A stretch of DNA of 63,590 bases, counting the filler, from Octopus bimaculoides (lineage: Eukaryota), in assembly GCF_001194135.2 (NCBI RefSeq). It is 6 parts of 6 records of this genome, joined end to end, with 100 filler letters (N's around TTAATTAATTAA, not from the genome) between each part and the next. Parts side by side here need not be neighbours in the genome. Positions count along the whole stretch, not along the records: positions 10,343 to 27,515 come from NC_069010.1; positions 27,616 to 55,601 come from NC_068996.1; 4 more parts are not named here. One strand, given 5' to 3'. The notes below the pieces were generated by a model, which did no database searches, was not told where the DNA came from, and saw only the letters and a list, made by a program, of their open reading frames with translations. The position numbers were made by a program, and so were the translations under genes. Positions 25,051 to 37,640 of this stretch are shown in pieces; position 1 is the stretch's first letter; each line of letters begins with the position of its first letter.

Positions 25051-25191
25051 CTGAACGAATGAGAAAAGAAAGAGAAAGAGAGGGAATTTGTTTAGTTAGA
25101 TATATACAGTTACAAAATGGGTTTCTGTTTTGAAGTTAACAGAAGACGGATATTCCTTGAGTACACAGGAATCAATTTGAATCAATATATA

Positions 25192-26343
25192 CGGGGTGTT
25201 TCAAAGAATTTGATATCATTTGAGATGTAAATATCACAGAAACTACAGAGTCAAAGCAAATGAAACTAAACAGGCTTAATGTTGAGCAACAGAAGATTTG
25301 TAGTAAAGATTGCTTGCCAACATAACATGGCAGTCCTGGTTTAGGAGTAATGTTGCTGTAATTTAGCCCCAGGAGACATCGTCTCTAGCTGGTTATATGA
25401 CATGGTCTGTGTCCTTATATTTTTGATATAAGATAGTATCGTTTAGCCAGCTGGAGACAATGTCTCCTGGGGCTAAATTACAGCAACATTAGTCTTAAAC
25501 CAGGACTGCCATGTTATGTTGGCAAACAATCTTTACTACAAAGTACTGTTGCTGAATATCTCACGTTGTAAGGTTTAAAAATAGTAATTTTCTAACATAA
25601 GATTTATTCCTCCAAATTTGAATGAGAAATTCAAAGCTATGTGGATTCCATGAACAATTTCACAAATGTTCAATATGCACACCACCTGAGACAAGTCAGT
25701 AGTCCAGCTCCTCCCAAACATGCTGCAGCATGTCTTGGGTAACAGTCTCCAGTGCGGTAGTGATTCTCTGTTCAAGTTCCTCTAGGTTTGCAGGAAGAGG
25801 TGGGGACATAGACCAGGCCCTTCACATAGCTCCGTGTTTGCACTTTCACTTGTCATCTGCTGTTATGGCCTAAATGGGCTGCAGCTTGGGGGGTTTCATT
25901 AGCAAGCATTTCCTCAGGAGATGCCAAACTGTCGTTGGAGGAATTTGGGTTTCCAGACTTCGCATGAGTTTTTGGCGAACCCACTTAACCATTTCTTCTG
26001 ATGTTAGTGGTCATCCAGATCCTTTTGTCCTGCACAGAGAGCATTTCCTCTTTGAACTTTTTGTGCCATGTTCAAATCTGCATCGCCATTGGTAACTTTT
26101 TAGAGAACTCTCTCATGCACATTGCACAGTCTTGTTCGACCGTGTTCGAGCATACTCCAACACAAAATGACTTTTCTCTTCCAGTGAATGCCATTTCTAT
26201 ACTAGAAAAGATAAACATATCAAGCATTAAACATAAAATTTTGACCTGTTTCTACACATGCTGTTAAAATTTGAAGTCATTTGAACAAGAACTGGCAAAG
26301 TTATTAGATTGTGAAATGATATCAAATTTTTTGAAACACCCAG
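25192..26343 (-). mobile_element. Internally deleted IS630-Tc1-mariner element with TIRs
   Basis: TA|cggggtgtttcaaagaatttgatatcatt ... aatgatatcaaattttttgaaacacccag|TA; minus-strand transposase remnants (FCVGVCSNT.. N-terminal HTH region; GGVHIEHL* C-terminus). Confidence 0.7.
25297..25542. repeat. Foldback MITE-like hairpin: 96-nt arms with 5 mismatches, 54-nt loop
   Basis: 25297-25392 is the reverse complement of 25447-25542. Confidence 0.9.
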
Positions 26344-26360
26344 TATATATATTGGAAACA

Positions 26361-26753
26361 TGGAGGTGCAATGGCCCAGTGGTTAGGGCAGCAGACTCGC
26401 AGTCGTAGGATTGCGGCTTCGATTCCCAGACTGGGTATTGTGAGTGTTTATTGAGCGAAAACACCTAAAGTTCCACAAGGCTCCGGCAGGGGATGGTGGC
26501 GAACCCTGCTCTACTCTTTCACCACAACTTACCCTCAGTCTTACTTCCTGTTTCTGTTGTAACCTGTATTTCAAAGGGTCAGCCTTGTCATACTCTGTGT
26601 CACACTGAATCGCCCCGAGAACTACGTTAAGGGTACATGTGTCTGTGGAGTGCTCAGCCACTTTCACGTTAATTTCACGAGCAGGCTGTTCTGCTGATCG
26701 GATCAACTGGAACCATCATCGTTGTAACCGACGGAGTGCCAACCACCACCACA
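26361..26753 (+). mobile_element. Full-length tRNA(Arg)-like SINE family D with a 14-bp TSD
   Basis: Head ggcccagtggttagggcagcagactcgcag...ggcttcgattccc; TSD atatattggaaaca at 26347-26360 and 26754-26767. Confidence 0.85.
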
Positions 26754-27515
26754 ATATATTGGAAACACATCATAGAAGGAGAGAATGGATTAAGTAGAGC
26801 AGGAGGAAACATGAGGACGGAAAGGGTCGCTGAAGAGGTCACAGATGTGTGACGAAAGATTTCCGGACAATGGACATGAGTTAAAATAAGTAAAAATAAT
26901 GAACGAGTGAAGGCTGAATAAATAGTGCATGTGTTTATTTGGCAGGAAAGAAAAAAAAATGACTGTCCTGAAATACTGATTGTATGATGGTTCAGTTTCC
27001 CAACAGTAGCAATGGCAACAACATGGAGGAGGAGGAGGAGGAGGAGGAGAAGAAGAAGAAGAAGAGAGATGAAGGAGAAAAAACTATGCTTCTTCCTCCA
27101 AACTCACTCTGAGCCGAATTATGAATAAATATCTCAATTATAGGCTAAACTAAATAGCAGAATGTCATTCAACCGTAAATATTGGTTAATCGGTTCCACA
27201 GTTGAGTGAAGAATCCTCACTCCTGCTGTTGCTGCTACTGCTGAAAATACTACATCAAAAAAAACAAAAAAGGTGTTACCACTCTGCGATTATTATGAAA
27301 CAAAAATCAAAGAAAACTGATCGCAAAAATTCCTCCGATGCACTTCACAGATCAAAGAATAAATCTACTGGAATCAATAAGTTTTTCTTCTTCCTTGATC
27401 TGACCCTGATGACCTTAAAAAATCCTTAACTGATTCCTGTATTTTTTTATTGTTATTATTATTACTATTACTATTACTATTATTATTATTATTATTATTA
27501 TTGTTCAGTAGTTTT

Positions 27516-27615
27516 NNNNNNNNNNNNNNNNNNNNNNNNNNNNNNNNNNNNNNNNNNNNTTAATTAATTAANNNNNNNNNNNNNNNNNNNNNNNNNNNNN
27601 NNNNNNNNNNNNNNN
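27516..27615. other. Artificial scaffold join (linker 27560-27571)
   Basis: 44 N + TTAATTAATTAA + 44 N. Confidence 0.95.
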
Positions 27616-29915
27616 GGGTCGATCTCTCCTGAGGAAATTATTGAGGCTATGTCGGAATGCGGCGGTGGTAAGGCGCCGGGACTCGATGGTCTTCCCTACG
27701 AGCTATATAAAAGTATGCCAGACTTGTTCGGTTACATATTGGCTGGCGTCTACGCGAACTGGCAGCAGAATGGGTTGATTCCCAGATCTGTGCGCCGGGG
27801 AGTGGTGACGCTGGTCAGGAAAGACCCGAGCAAGGGGGACGATGTAAATAATTTTAGGCCCATCACCCTGCTTAACACAGAGGTGAAGATTCTGGCCAAG
27901 GTGTTAGCCAAAAGACTGACGCAGGTCGCGGGTGGTCTGATCTGGAAAGCACAAACCTGTGCGATCCCTGGCAGAACCATCCAGGACTACATTCATCTAG
28001 TACGCTACACCGTAGAGGGGTATGGTAAGAAAACTGGCAAAGGTGGGGCACTGGTCAATTTAGACCAAGCTAAAGCTTTCGATAGGGTGGATCATCGTTA
28101 CCTGGTAACTGTTCTCGCGCAGTTTGGACTGGGTCTCGGATCCCTCAGGTGGATCATACAGTTGTATGACAACATCGATTCGATTGTTCGCGTGAACGGT
28201 TTTCTTTCAAAGCCGTTCAGTATAAAACGGTCGGTTCACCAAGGGTGTTCACTCTCTCCGCTTTTATACGTAATGTCTCTCGAGCCATTGCTGAGAAAGC
28301 TGAGTGGCATCCCGACGAATTTAGGAGGTGGAACATCTGTTACAGCGTATGCGGATGACATCGCTATCATCGTGACCGAGATGGAACACCTGCGTCAAGT
28401 GGGTGAAACCATTAAGGTTTACGAGACGGTGGCAGGAGCAAAGATTAACCGGGAAAAATCAGTCGGCTTGCAACTCGGCACCTGGAGGGGCAAGTCGATG
28501 CCTTCGAATAGCGTCGTGGGGCGCTGGACGGAGGGCCCGGTTAAGTTGCTAGGAATCTGGATTGGTCCAGATCTCCAAATAGAAAAGAACTGGTCAGAGG
28601 TAGCGGACAAGGTATGCCACATAGCCAGGACCTGGTCTTGGCAGTGGCTGTCCTTGAAAGGGAGGGCGGAGGTGGCCAATGTGTTTATCGCATCGGTCAT
28701 TGCTTACCGCCTGACCGTCGTTCCTTGCCCACGTTTGTGGTTAAGCAAGTTGGAGAGGCTAATCTTTCGCTTTTTGTGGAAGGGCACCTCCCCACTTGTA
28801 AGACGTTCTATTTGCTGTCAGAAGCCGTTAAAGGGTGGGTTGGGGATGCTGTAGTTGATGATGCGCAGACATGTGTTGAGGCTGAGGCACCTTCAACTTT
28901 ACCTGGATGGTGAACGGGTGTGGACTTCGCTCGCTAGACGGATGTTCGCCGGCTTCAGCGGTTTTGGCGTTGGAGAAAACTGGTTTAGTCGCAGACCGAG
29001 GTTGGGTTTATGGTATATGGAGTGTCGTAAGGCACTCCTCCAGTTCCAGGACTCGGGCAATTCCAGCGGTCTCAGTATCACCGCAGCCTTTTATAGTAGG
29101 TTGGTAGAGGCAGGAAATGACGATGACCTGGGAACGACCCTGGGTCTCGATGATAATCAGTTGGACAACCTGTTCCGAAGGACATTCGGGCCGAAGACAC
29201 TGGATAATTTCCAAAAGTCTTTGGCCTGGCAGTGTTACAGAGGAGCTTTACCGGTTCGGGATAAACTCACCAGACACGGCCAGCCTGGGCCGTCGTCCTG
29301 TCCAAGAGGCGGGCAGGATGTGGTAACCGCCCTGCACGCTATTGTTCAGTGTCCTGATATTTCTGATGTATAGGTTTATGCAGAACACCCGGACGAGAGA
29401 AGGGTACAGCTATCAACTGATTCGATTTTAAAAATCAATCCACCGGACTTCTTCACGAACGAAGGTAAGAATTGCTTTCTCGTAGTAGTGGCAATGGTGA
29501 AAGAGGTGATTTGGAAGACAAGGGTGAAAGGAATGAGGACAGACAACTTAATATCTGGCCTCGCTTTGGTGAACTTCATGTTTCACTTAAAAAGAAAAGT
29601 GGGGCTGGAAAGATGTCTGTCCGAGAGTGTGTTCAAGAAAACGATGGATGCGTGTTTCACGGATGTTGGGTATGAAAGGCCCTGCGTGAGCACGCCAAGA
29701 AGGGAAAACGGGTGTCGATGAAAAAACAGGGCTCGTGGGGTCGGATCGGACCTGCTTATTTCATCTCATTTGTCTTATTGTTTGTAATCATTGTTTTCGT
29801 GTAACATACGAATAATCATGTATTCGATTTAAAATTTTAATACCCCATTTGTTTGACCCCCAATGCTTGTTTGCATTGTCTCCTCTGTGTACATCCTTTA
29901 TGGTGATAATAAAAC
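27616..29915 (+). mobile_element. L1/Tx1-clade LINE ORF2 3' part (RT plus C-terminal zinc finger) with two in-frame TAG stops
   Basis: KAPGLDG, FRPITLLN, LDQAKAFDRV, HQGCSLSPLL, AYADD, GGLGM, WQCYRGALPVR..SSCPR..HAIVQC; TAG at 28852 and 29371; frame ends at 29721; AATAAA at about 29908. Confidence 0.9.
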
Positions 29916-30899
29916 AGTAAAGTATACTTTAGTGAATTTAGTTATGTCCCTTTACTTTTTTTTTTACGAACGTAAACCGAACAATTACCCATAGTATTTA
30001 AATACAAATATTATACAAATATTATACAAATATTATACAAATATTATTAATAGTGGTAGATTAATGAATAATTAAAAATATTTCACTTGTAATTATTTAA
30101 AACCAGATATAAATGGGTATGTTGTCATAAATGAGTATGTTGTCAAACAGAAGTTTAGTTTCGTACTTCACAATGGAGACTCGAAAATTACAAGAACAGA
30201 TCAAAGGGTGTGTTTATTATTCTATAATGAACTTTTATTTAATTTTCGTTTTCTATAATTTACTAATAATTCTACCGTATCTATTTTACTTTAAAAATGT
30301 ACTTCAGAAGGACTTCAATTTCTGTAGGGAAAGAGATAGATAGAGGGACTATGCTTACGGGTGTATGTGTTTGTAAAAGATAAGGATGAAGTTTGTTTTG
30401 TTGATAAAAAAAAAAGTGTTCAGCTTCTTTAAACAATTTATTTGATGTTCCACTTAACATTTTCTTTTCAGAATGTATATTTAAAAAAAAAAATTGTATT
30501 ATTTTTCGGTTGTCTATATATAATATATATAAATCAAATTTTCGCGAAGGATTGTCTGTTACGCGTTACTAGCAGGGCGGGATTAAAGCTCTTAAAGCAC
30601 AAACTCAGCGATTGTTCCTTCTCGGCATTTCTTTAGTAATTGTCTGACAAAAGATATTAAGACCTGCGCTGAGTGTGAAATAATAGATTAAAAATAGTAT
30701 TCTCCTAGACCTTACGCTATTTTAAATGTAACTTGTCTGTAATAAAGAAACAATGTAAACAAATTATTTACTAAGGCAAATTTTAAAACAAATATTAGGA
30801 AAAACTACATGTACAAAACTTTATTGAAAACAATTCTGCCTGCGTAAATCCATGTTAGTGGTCAATTGAAAAACAAAGTATCAATAAATATTTACGAAA

Positions 30900-32420
30900 T
30901 GAAACTTATTTCATTCATTCCTTTCTGATGCTGGAATACATTTCTCGCTGATACCCGGCGAGTCCGATTCGCGACAAAGAGGCACGACTGCAGAGGCTGC
31001 ATGGGGAAGGTAGGATTATCAGGGTTGGTTGTAATGTTCTTATTTTCCCTCTTATCTGCAAGGATGATCTTGTGCATGTCTTCAAGAGATGCCAGACTTC
31101 TCAGCGCCAAGAACAGACCACTGGTACTGGTCGATGTGATAGGTGCCAAAGTATTTCTTGAGAGTCTTTGTACCTCGTTTTGGTGCTCCTCTATCATGGT
31201 GACCAGAGGAGAGTTTACCATACAACATGATCTTGCGAAGTCTATGATATTCCATCCTGGTGACATGTCTTATCCGTATTCAGCATAACTGAGTTGCTTC
31301 GATGCTGGTGACTATTACCTGCTCTCGGACATCAATGCTAGTGACAAAATTACTTCAATGGATGGTGCAAAGGTGGTGCTAATGGTCCCTTTCTTCAAGT
31401 GGTCATTGTTCCAAACTTTTGTACAGTCTGCTGAATATGCTGTTTGTCTTGGCTAGTCTTTTATCAACTTGTTAATTTTCGCAACTTATGAGATGGTGCA
31501 CTCTAGGTTGGTGAACTGGTTGGCTGTCTGTTGTTCAGTCTCCCTGATGATGATGCAAGGGAGTGGTATTCTTGCTATGGTGTGGGTTGATGAAGGACTT
31601 CTGTATTTTTGCACTATATTCTAGAGTCTCTGCAAAGTTGAGTTCTTTTGGTGAGATTTATCCACTCTTCATTTTGGATGTCATGGAATTTGCACTGGAG
31701 ATTGTTGCAGACAATGTGGGAGGTTGTTTGCTTCCCAGGACAGCTTGGGTCTGCAAGGTGAGTCTGATGGGCAGATCTTTTCTTTACTCGTAGTTTCAGA
31801 ATCTCTTAGTTATCTTTGTCAAACCAGTCCTTGTTCTTTTTTGTAGAGAAGCCCAATCCTTCAGAGGTTTGCATGATAGCAGCTTTTAGGTATTCCTAAA
31901 GTGCTTCAGAAGAGGGGTCTGAGGGACAACTGGGATCTTTGAGCTTTAGCAGGAGTTTTGTCTGGAAGTTAGCTTTCATTTTAACTGAATGTAGGATGCT
32001 GATCTTGAACTTCCACTTTGGAGCCTCAACTCTCTTGGCATTGAGTTTGTAGCAAACTGTCTGTTGGAGGAGAGTGTTGGTGATGGTTAATTGTTGCTTT
32101 GTACAAAACTCCATCAGAAGCCACCCATTTTTGTTGCAGTTCCCAACACCATACTAGCCCCAAACTCCTTTCTGGGCTTGTGAATCTTGGGCCACATTTG
32201 TATTGAAGTTACCAAGGATGGTGACCTTGTTGTCTGCTGGGTTACATTGGAGGAGGCTGTGCAAATCAGCATAGAACTTATCCTTTTTTTAAGGTCAGCT
32301 TGCAAAGTTGGGGTATACACACTGAAGAGACTGGTATGTTGCTTGTTTTGGATGGGAAGACATAGATATGATGCAGTCGGTGACCTGTTGGAAAGTCTTC
32401 TAGCTTGGAGGCAACAAAGT
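30900..32420 (-). mobile_element. Heavily deleted RTE (BovB-like) LINE
   Basis: Endonuclease remnants (VYTPTLQAD..KFYADL..GNFN..GVGNCNKNG.LLMEFC) and RT C-terminal remnants (KVWNN.HLKKGT). Confidence 0.7.
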
Positions 32421-33422
32421 TTCTGTCTCTGAAGCTAATACCAGAGAAAAATCATTTATCTTGTGGCTTGCCACACTAGTAGCTACATCAAACCACATAC
32501 CATCAAACCTCTACTGGCAGTGACTATCACACAACTGTTTCTCATTTGCCTGCAATAGTGGGCTCTGTTAAAAGCATCCAAGGTGCCAAGAGGTGGTGTA
32601 TCTATGTGCATATGCATGTCTTCTTTTAAATTTTTTGGATCAGGTGAAGAAATGATAGTGATTTTAGGACAATGTTGTGAACTGATAATGATTATGTGTG
32701 GTCTTCACATGCCTCCCACGCTGGTGACATTCATGTGGTTAAAGTTCCTTTTCCTTGTTGCAATTTGATGGCCGCAAGAAAAATATGGGGGAAAGACCAA
32801 ATTTCAGAGGGTTGACTTTCTGGAGATGAAGGATTATGGTGTATTAATTAATGCAGGGCCTGCAGAGTAACAAGAAAAACAAAGACTGATTAGTTAAGAA
32901 TGCTTGAGTGTAAGTGATCTTAGACAAACCACTTATGAAGAGTTGAGATCAATGTAGTAACTGTAGGGAAGGCATAGAGAGAAGACACAACATGTATGTA
33001 GTCCTGAGATTGGAGTGTGTTGGTGGGTGACTTCATAACAAGTCTATTTTGGATGAAGTCTGGGATATGTGTGTGTGGGTGTAAGGGTGGGGGCAGGGGC
33101 AGCGACATGGTTCTAGGAGCTGAAATATTTTTGCCTCTGAAGGAGAAAGACAGTCTTTGCAACAGAGTTTTCACTATGTTGTGGAAAGCTGGGACAGATA
33201 TTCAGGGATGGTAGGAGAAAAAGTGCAAAATATTTACTCTCAAACTAACAAGTTATTCAAATCATTGTGCTGCTTAATTACAAAACAATGGATCAATTTT
33301 GTTTAAGTAAAAGAAAATATTACACCTGTCATCAGATAAGCTTTTTCACAGTGTTTCATTTGTCAATCTAATCTATTTAATCAGAACACTAAGTCATATA
33401 CATATCAACTGGTATATATATA

Positions 33423-33487
<65 letters not shown>

Positions 33488-33659
33488 TTGTATATATGTA
33501 TGCTTGATAGTGACAATAAAGATTACTACTTAATTGATAAAGATATTTTCATTATCACTTGAACTTTAGAATAGAGGTATGCTTTGTATATAATACCTGC
33601 AAATCGTATAAATATAAACTGTGTATATTTATATATACTGGCAATGACCACGCTTGAAT

Positions 33660-35245
33660 GTTGTTTTTCACATGCCACCGGCACATGTGCCAGTAGGCGA
33701 TGCTGGCAATGATCACACTCGAATGGTGCTTTTTACATGCCACTGGCACGGGAACCAATCAGTGGCCCTGGCAACAATCATGCTCGGGTAGTGCTTTTAA
33801 CGTTCCACTGGCACGAGTGCCAATCAGGCGGTACTGTCATCAGCCACATCAGCAATTTTGATTTCACTTGCCTCAACAGGTCTTCACAAGCAAAGTTTAT
33901 TGTCCAGTGAATGAGGGGTACTCATAACTGGGCTGATTACACCCACTGGCATAGGCCACACTGGCATGGTCTCACTTGGCTTGTCAGGTCTTCTCAAGCT
34001 CAGCATATCTCCAAAGGTCTCGGTCACTAGTCATTGCCTCAGTAAGGCCCAATGTTCAAAGGTCGTTCTTCACCACCTCATCCCAGGTCTTCTTGGGTCT
34101 ACCTCTTCCGCAGGTTCCCTCAACTGCTAGGGTATGACACAGTTGTCCTCATTCATATGTAACACATGACCATACCAGCACAGTCATCTCTCTTGCACAC
34201 TACATTTGATGCTTCTTAAATCCAACTTTTCTCTCAAGATACTTTCACTCTGTCGAGTATGCACACTGACATTACACATCCAGCGGAGCATACTGGCTTC
34301 ATTCCTTGCGAGCTTACGCATATCCTCAGTAGTCATAGCCCATGTTTCACTGCCATGTAGCATGGCTGTTCGTACACATGTGTCATACAGTCTACCTTTT
34401 ACTCTGAGTAAGAGGCCCTTTCTCACCAGTAGAAGTAGGAGCTCTCTGAACTTTGCCCAGGCTATTCTTATTCTAGCAGCAACACTTTCAGACCATCCAC
34501 CCCCCACTACTGACTTGGTCCCCTAGGTAATGGAAGCTATCAACTATTTGTAGTTTTTCTCCCTGAAATGTGACAGAAGCTGTTCTCTGCATATTTTCAG
34601 TGTTTATTGCCCCTGAGCATTTGCCACATACAAAAACTATCTTCCCAGTTAGCCTTCCTTTGATATTGCTGCACCTCTTATGTGTCCATAGCTTACACTG
34701 AGTACATCTTATGGAGTTTCTACCTACGCCTTTTCTACACATCGAGCAGGGCCATCTATCTGAAGGGATTTGTGGTTTGTGTGCCTTCCTACTTATTAAG
34801 ACTTTGGTTTTAGCTTGGTTGACTCTAAGGCCCTTCGATTCTAATCCTTGCTTCCACACATCAAAATTTTCCTCTTGTTCTGATAGTGACTCGGCAATAA
34901 GAGCAAGGTCATCAGCATAGAGGAGCTCCCAGGGGCATCCTGTCTTGAATTCCTCTGTTATTGCCTGGAGGACTAAGATAAATAGGAGGGGGCTGATGAC
35001 TGAACCTTGGTGGATCCCTACATCTACCTGGAATTCTTCACTACTTGTTGCCAACCCTCACCTTACTGACAGCATCCCTGTACATGGCTGGCACAGCTCT
35101 CACTAACCATTCATCTATCCCTAGTTTCCTCATTGACCACCAGATAAGGGATCGGGGGACCCTGTCAAAGGCTTTCTCCATATCAACGAAAGCCAGGTAC
35201 TGAGGTTTATCTTTGGCTAGGTATTTCTCGTGCAGCTGTCTTACC
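33660..35245 (-). mobile_element. RTE-clade LINE 3' part with a PHD finger inserted in the RT domain, plus a tandem-repeat 3' UTR
   Basis: FVDMEKAFDRV, HQGSVISPLLF, LYADD (34919-34908), C4HC3 finger CSMC..CTQC..HKRC..CGKC (34748-34617), FHYLG, MLHGSETW. Confidence 0.9.
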
Positions 35246-36329
35246 AGAAATATAGCACTTTGGTATAGTTTCTAAAGGTGGATGTTTTCCTAATGCCATC
35301 TACTTTACATAGTGTACTGGGTGATTTTGTATCTGGCACCTACACTAGTGAGGTTACCATGAGCTTACATGACTAATACTTGTTTCAGTAGAGAGGGAGG
35401 CAGCTTTATGCTGGGTGATGAAAAGTTAGGCTATAAAGAAAGGAGCAGAATAGGTTTCTTGCTGTAGAAGAGATACATGAGTGCTCTTGTTGTACAAGAG
35501 TGGGCAGGAGTAATTTGTGTGCAGCTGGAAAAAGAGACAAAGATATTAATGACAAGATGTCAGGATGGGTTTTGGAGGTAGAACACAAAGAGGAGTAAAG
35601 TTTTGTGAGAGTGAGGGATGGTAGTATGAGAATATACTGAATGCTGAATAATGGTTGAAGTGGGGAGGATTGATGATAAATATGAGTTGGATGGAAGGTA
35701 GGGAGAGTAGGTAGTGACCAGAGATTGGGCTGGATTGAGGGGTGAATGTTGTGAATAGCAGAGCAGTGATCTGTGATACAGGTCATTTGTGGAAAAGGTT
35801 CAGGAGAGTAGGCGCTGACTGACTGTATAGAAATGGTGAAGAGCAACAGAATAGTAATAATAGAAAGATGAGGACAATGATAATGTGTGGGTAGGTAGGT
35901 TGCAAGAGTGTGAGTTGTGGTGCAGATATAGTACATGGGAAGAGTAACAGATGTATGGTGATATGAGCAAGTGTTGGAGAGGAATCATGGGGATAGTGAG
36001 AGACATAGTGATAAGATCATCTCAACAGGAGGTGATGTGGTGGAAAGAGAAAGAGAGATAAAGGTAGTGGAGTGATCAATGTAAAATGTGGTTGGAGAGG
36101 GACAGTGTTAGGAATGAAGGATGGATGTCAAGTAAAGTGGTTTTAGGTATAGAGAAAGGTAACTGGTATCACAGAAAAGATTATAAAAATATGGCAGCAG
36201 TATACTGCAGTTAGTCAAGTGATGGAGAAATCACTGATAGAAAAATATGAGGATGGAATGGCAGGGTTGGTGAGGATTTTAAACAAAGAGTCTCAATTGT
36301 ATATATAGACATGCTTCCAGAACCCCAAT

Positions 36330-37640
36330 TTTACCTAGTTTCAAGGGGCAAGGCTCTCATGCTCTATTTATCACCCATTGACCAAGTTCTTTATACAGCT
36401 GTCCTCATCCATATGTATCACATGACCAGACCAGTACAGTCTCTTACACACTATTTCTGATTCTTCTTATGTCTAATTTTTCTCTTAACACATTTGTACT
36501 TTATCGTTTATGCACACTGATGTTGTACGTCCAGCAGATCATACTAGCTTCATTCGAGGCCTATGTCTCACTACCATGTAGCCCTGCAGTTTGTAAACAA
36601 ACATCACTCTGAAAGAAAGTCCTTTTGTTACCACCAGAGGTAATAGCACTCTGAACTTCTCTAGCCAGTTCTTATTCTAGCTACTATACTTTCAGAGCAT
36701 CCTCCCCCACTGATAATTAAGTCACCTAGGTAACAGAAACTATCTACTACCTCAAAGGATCCTCCTGGGCATTTGAGAAAATCCATTTTCCATATGTCCT
36801 TAGTATTCATTGTTACGGTGCATTTGCCATATACAAAGTCAATATTCTCTGTTAACCTGTCTTTGATACCACTGTACTTCTAGTGTGTCCACAGTTTGCT
36901 TTGGGTATACTGCAAAATTTCTACTTACTCTTTTTCAATGAAGCAAGCAAAGCTATTTACCTGAAAAGAGTAAAATCTTGCTTTCCTACTTACAAGAACT
37001 TTGGTCTTTGCTAAGTTCATTTTCAGGCCCTTTGATTCTAGGTTTTTCTTCCGTATCTGGAATTGCTGGATTTAGCTATAAGAACAAAGTCTTCAGTTCC
37101 CAATGACAACCAGTCTTAACCCTTTTGTTTCCATATTTATTTTGAGATGCTGTGTGTTTTTTTTTTCAATTAATTTTAAATATAACAAAGAATTTTAATA
37201 AAATAACTTAGTTATTATTAAGCTAGTGTTAGGAACATAAATTGTGACTAAGGTTTGGTGGAAGATTTTTATTCAAAACTTATGAAAACAAGACATTTGT
37301 ACTAGAGAGCCAGAGGTGGTTTCAGCCAGGTTGGTATCAAAAGGGTTAAACTCTTGTTATGGCCTGAAGGACTATGATAAAAGGAGGTGGGCCTGCGAAC
37401 CAAGCCCTTATGAACTTCTACTTGCATATCAAACTCATAGTTGTACTCATTGTTAATCCTCATCTTACTAACAGCACCTCAATACTCTCACAAGCCATTT
37501 GTGTACTCCTAGCTTCCTCAGTGACAACCAGATCAGAGTGAGGGACTCTGTCAAAGACTTTCTCCGGGTTGAGGAATATTAAGTACAGTGGTTTACTTTT
37601 AACCAAGAACTTCTGCAGAAGAGGGCATCGCAAATACTTT
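36330..37640 (-). mobile_element. Older, degraded copy of the same RTE family, interrupted by a MITE
   Basis: EKVFDRV remnant near 37550 and nucleotide similarity to the 34184-35054 region. Confidence 0.55.
37120..37345. mobile_element. piggyBac-type MITE
   Basis: TTAA|CCCTTTTG...CAAAAGGG|TTAA. Confidence 0.8.

Noticed and set aside
26362-26435. tRNA(Arg)-like sequence as a real tRNA gene (also the heads at 21936, 46790, 48740)
   Set aside because: Acceptor and T stems are imperfect, and the sequence continues into a SINE body with a tail and TSD.
30541-30720. CpG-containing segment with GGGCGG as a promoter for the plus-strand gene
   Set aside because: A single GC box is insufficient; no identifiable first exon or donor.
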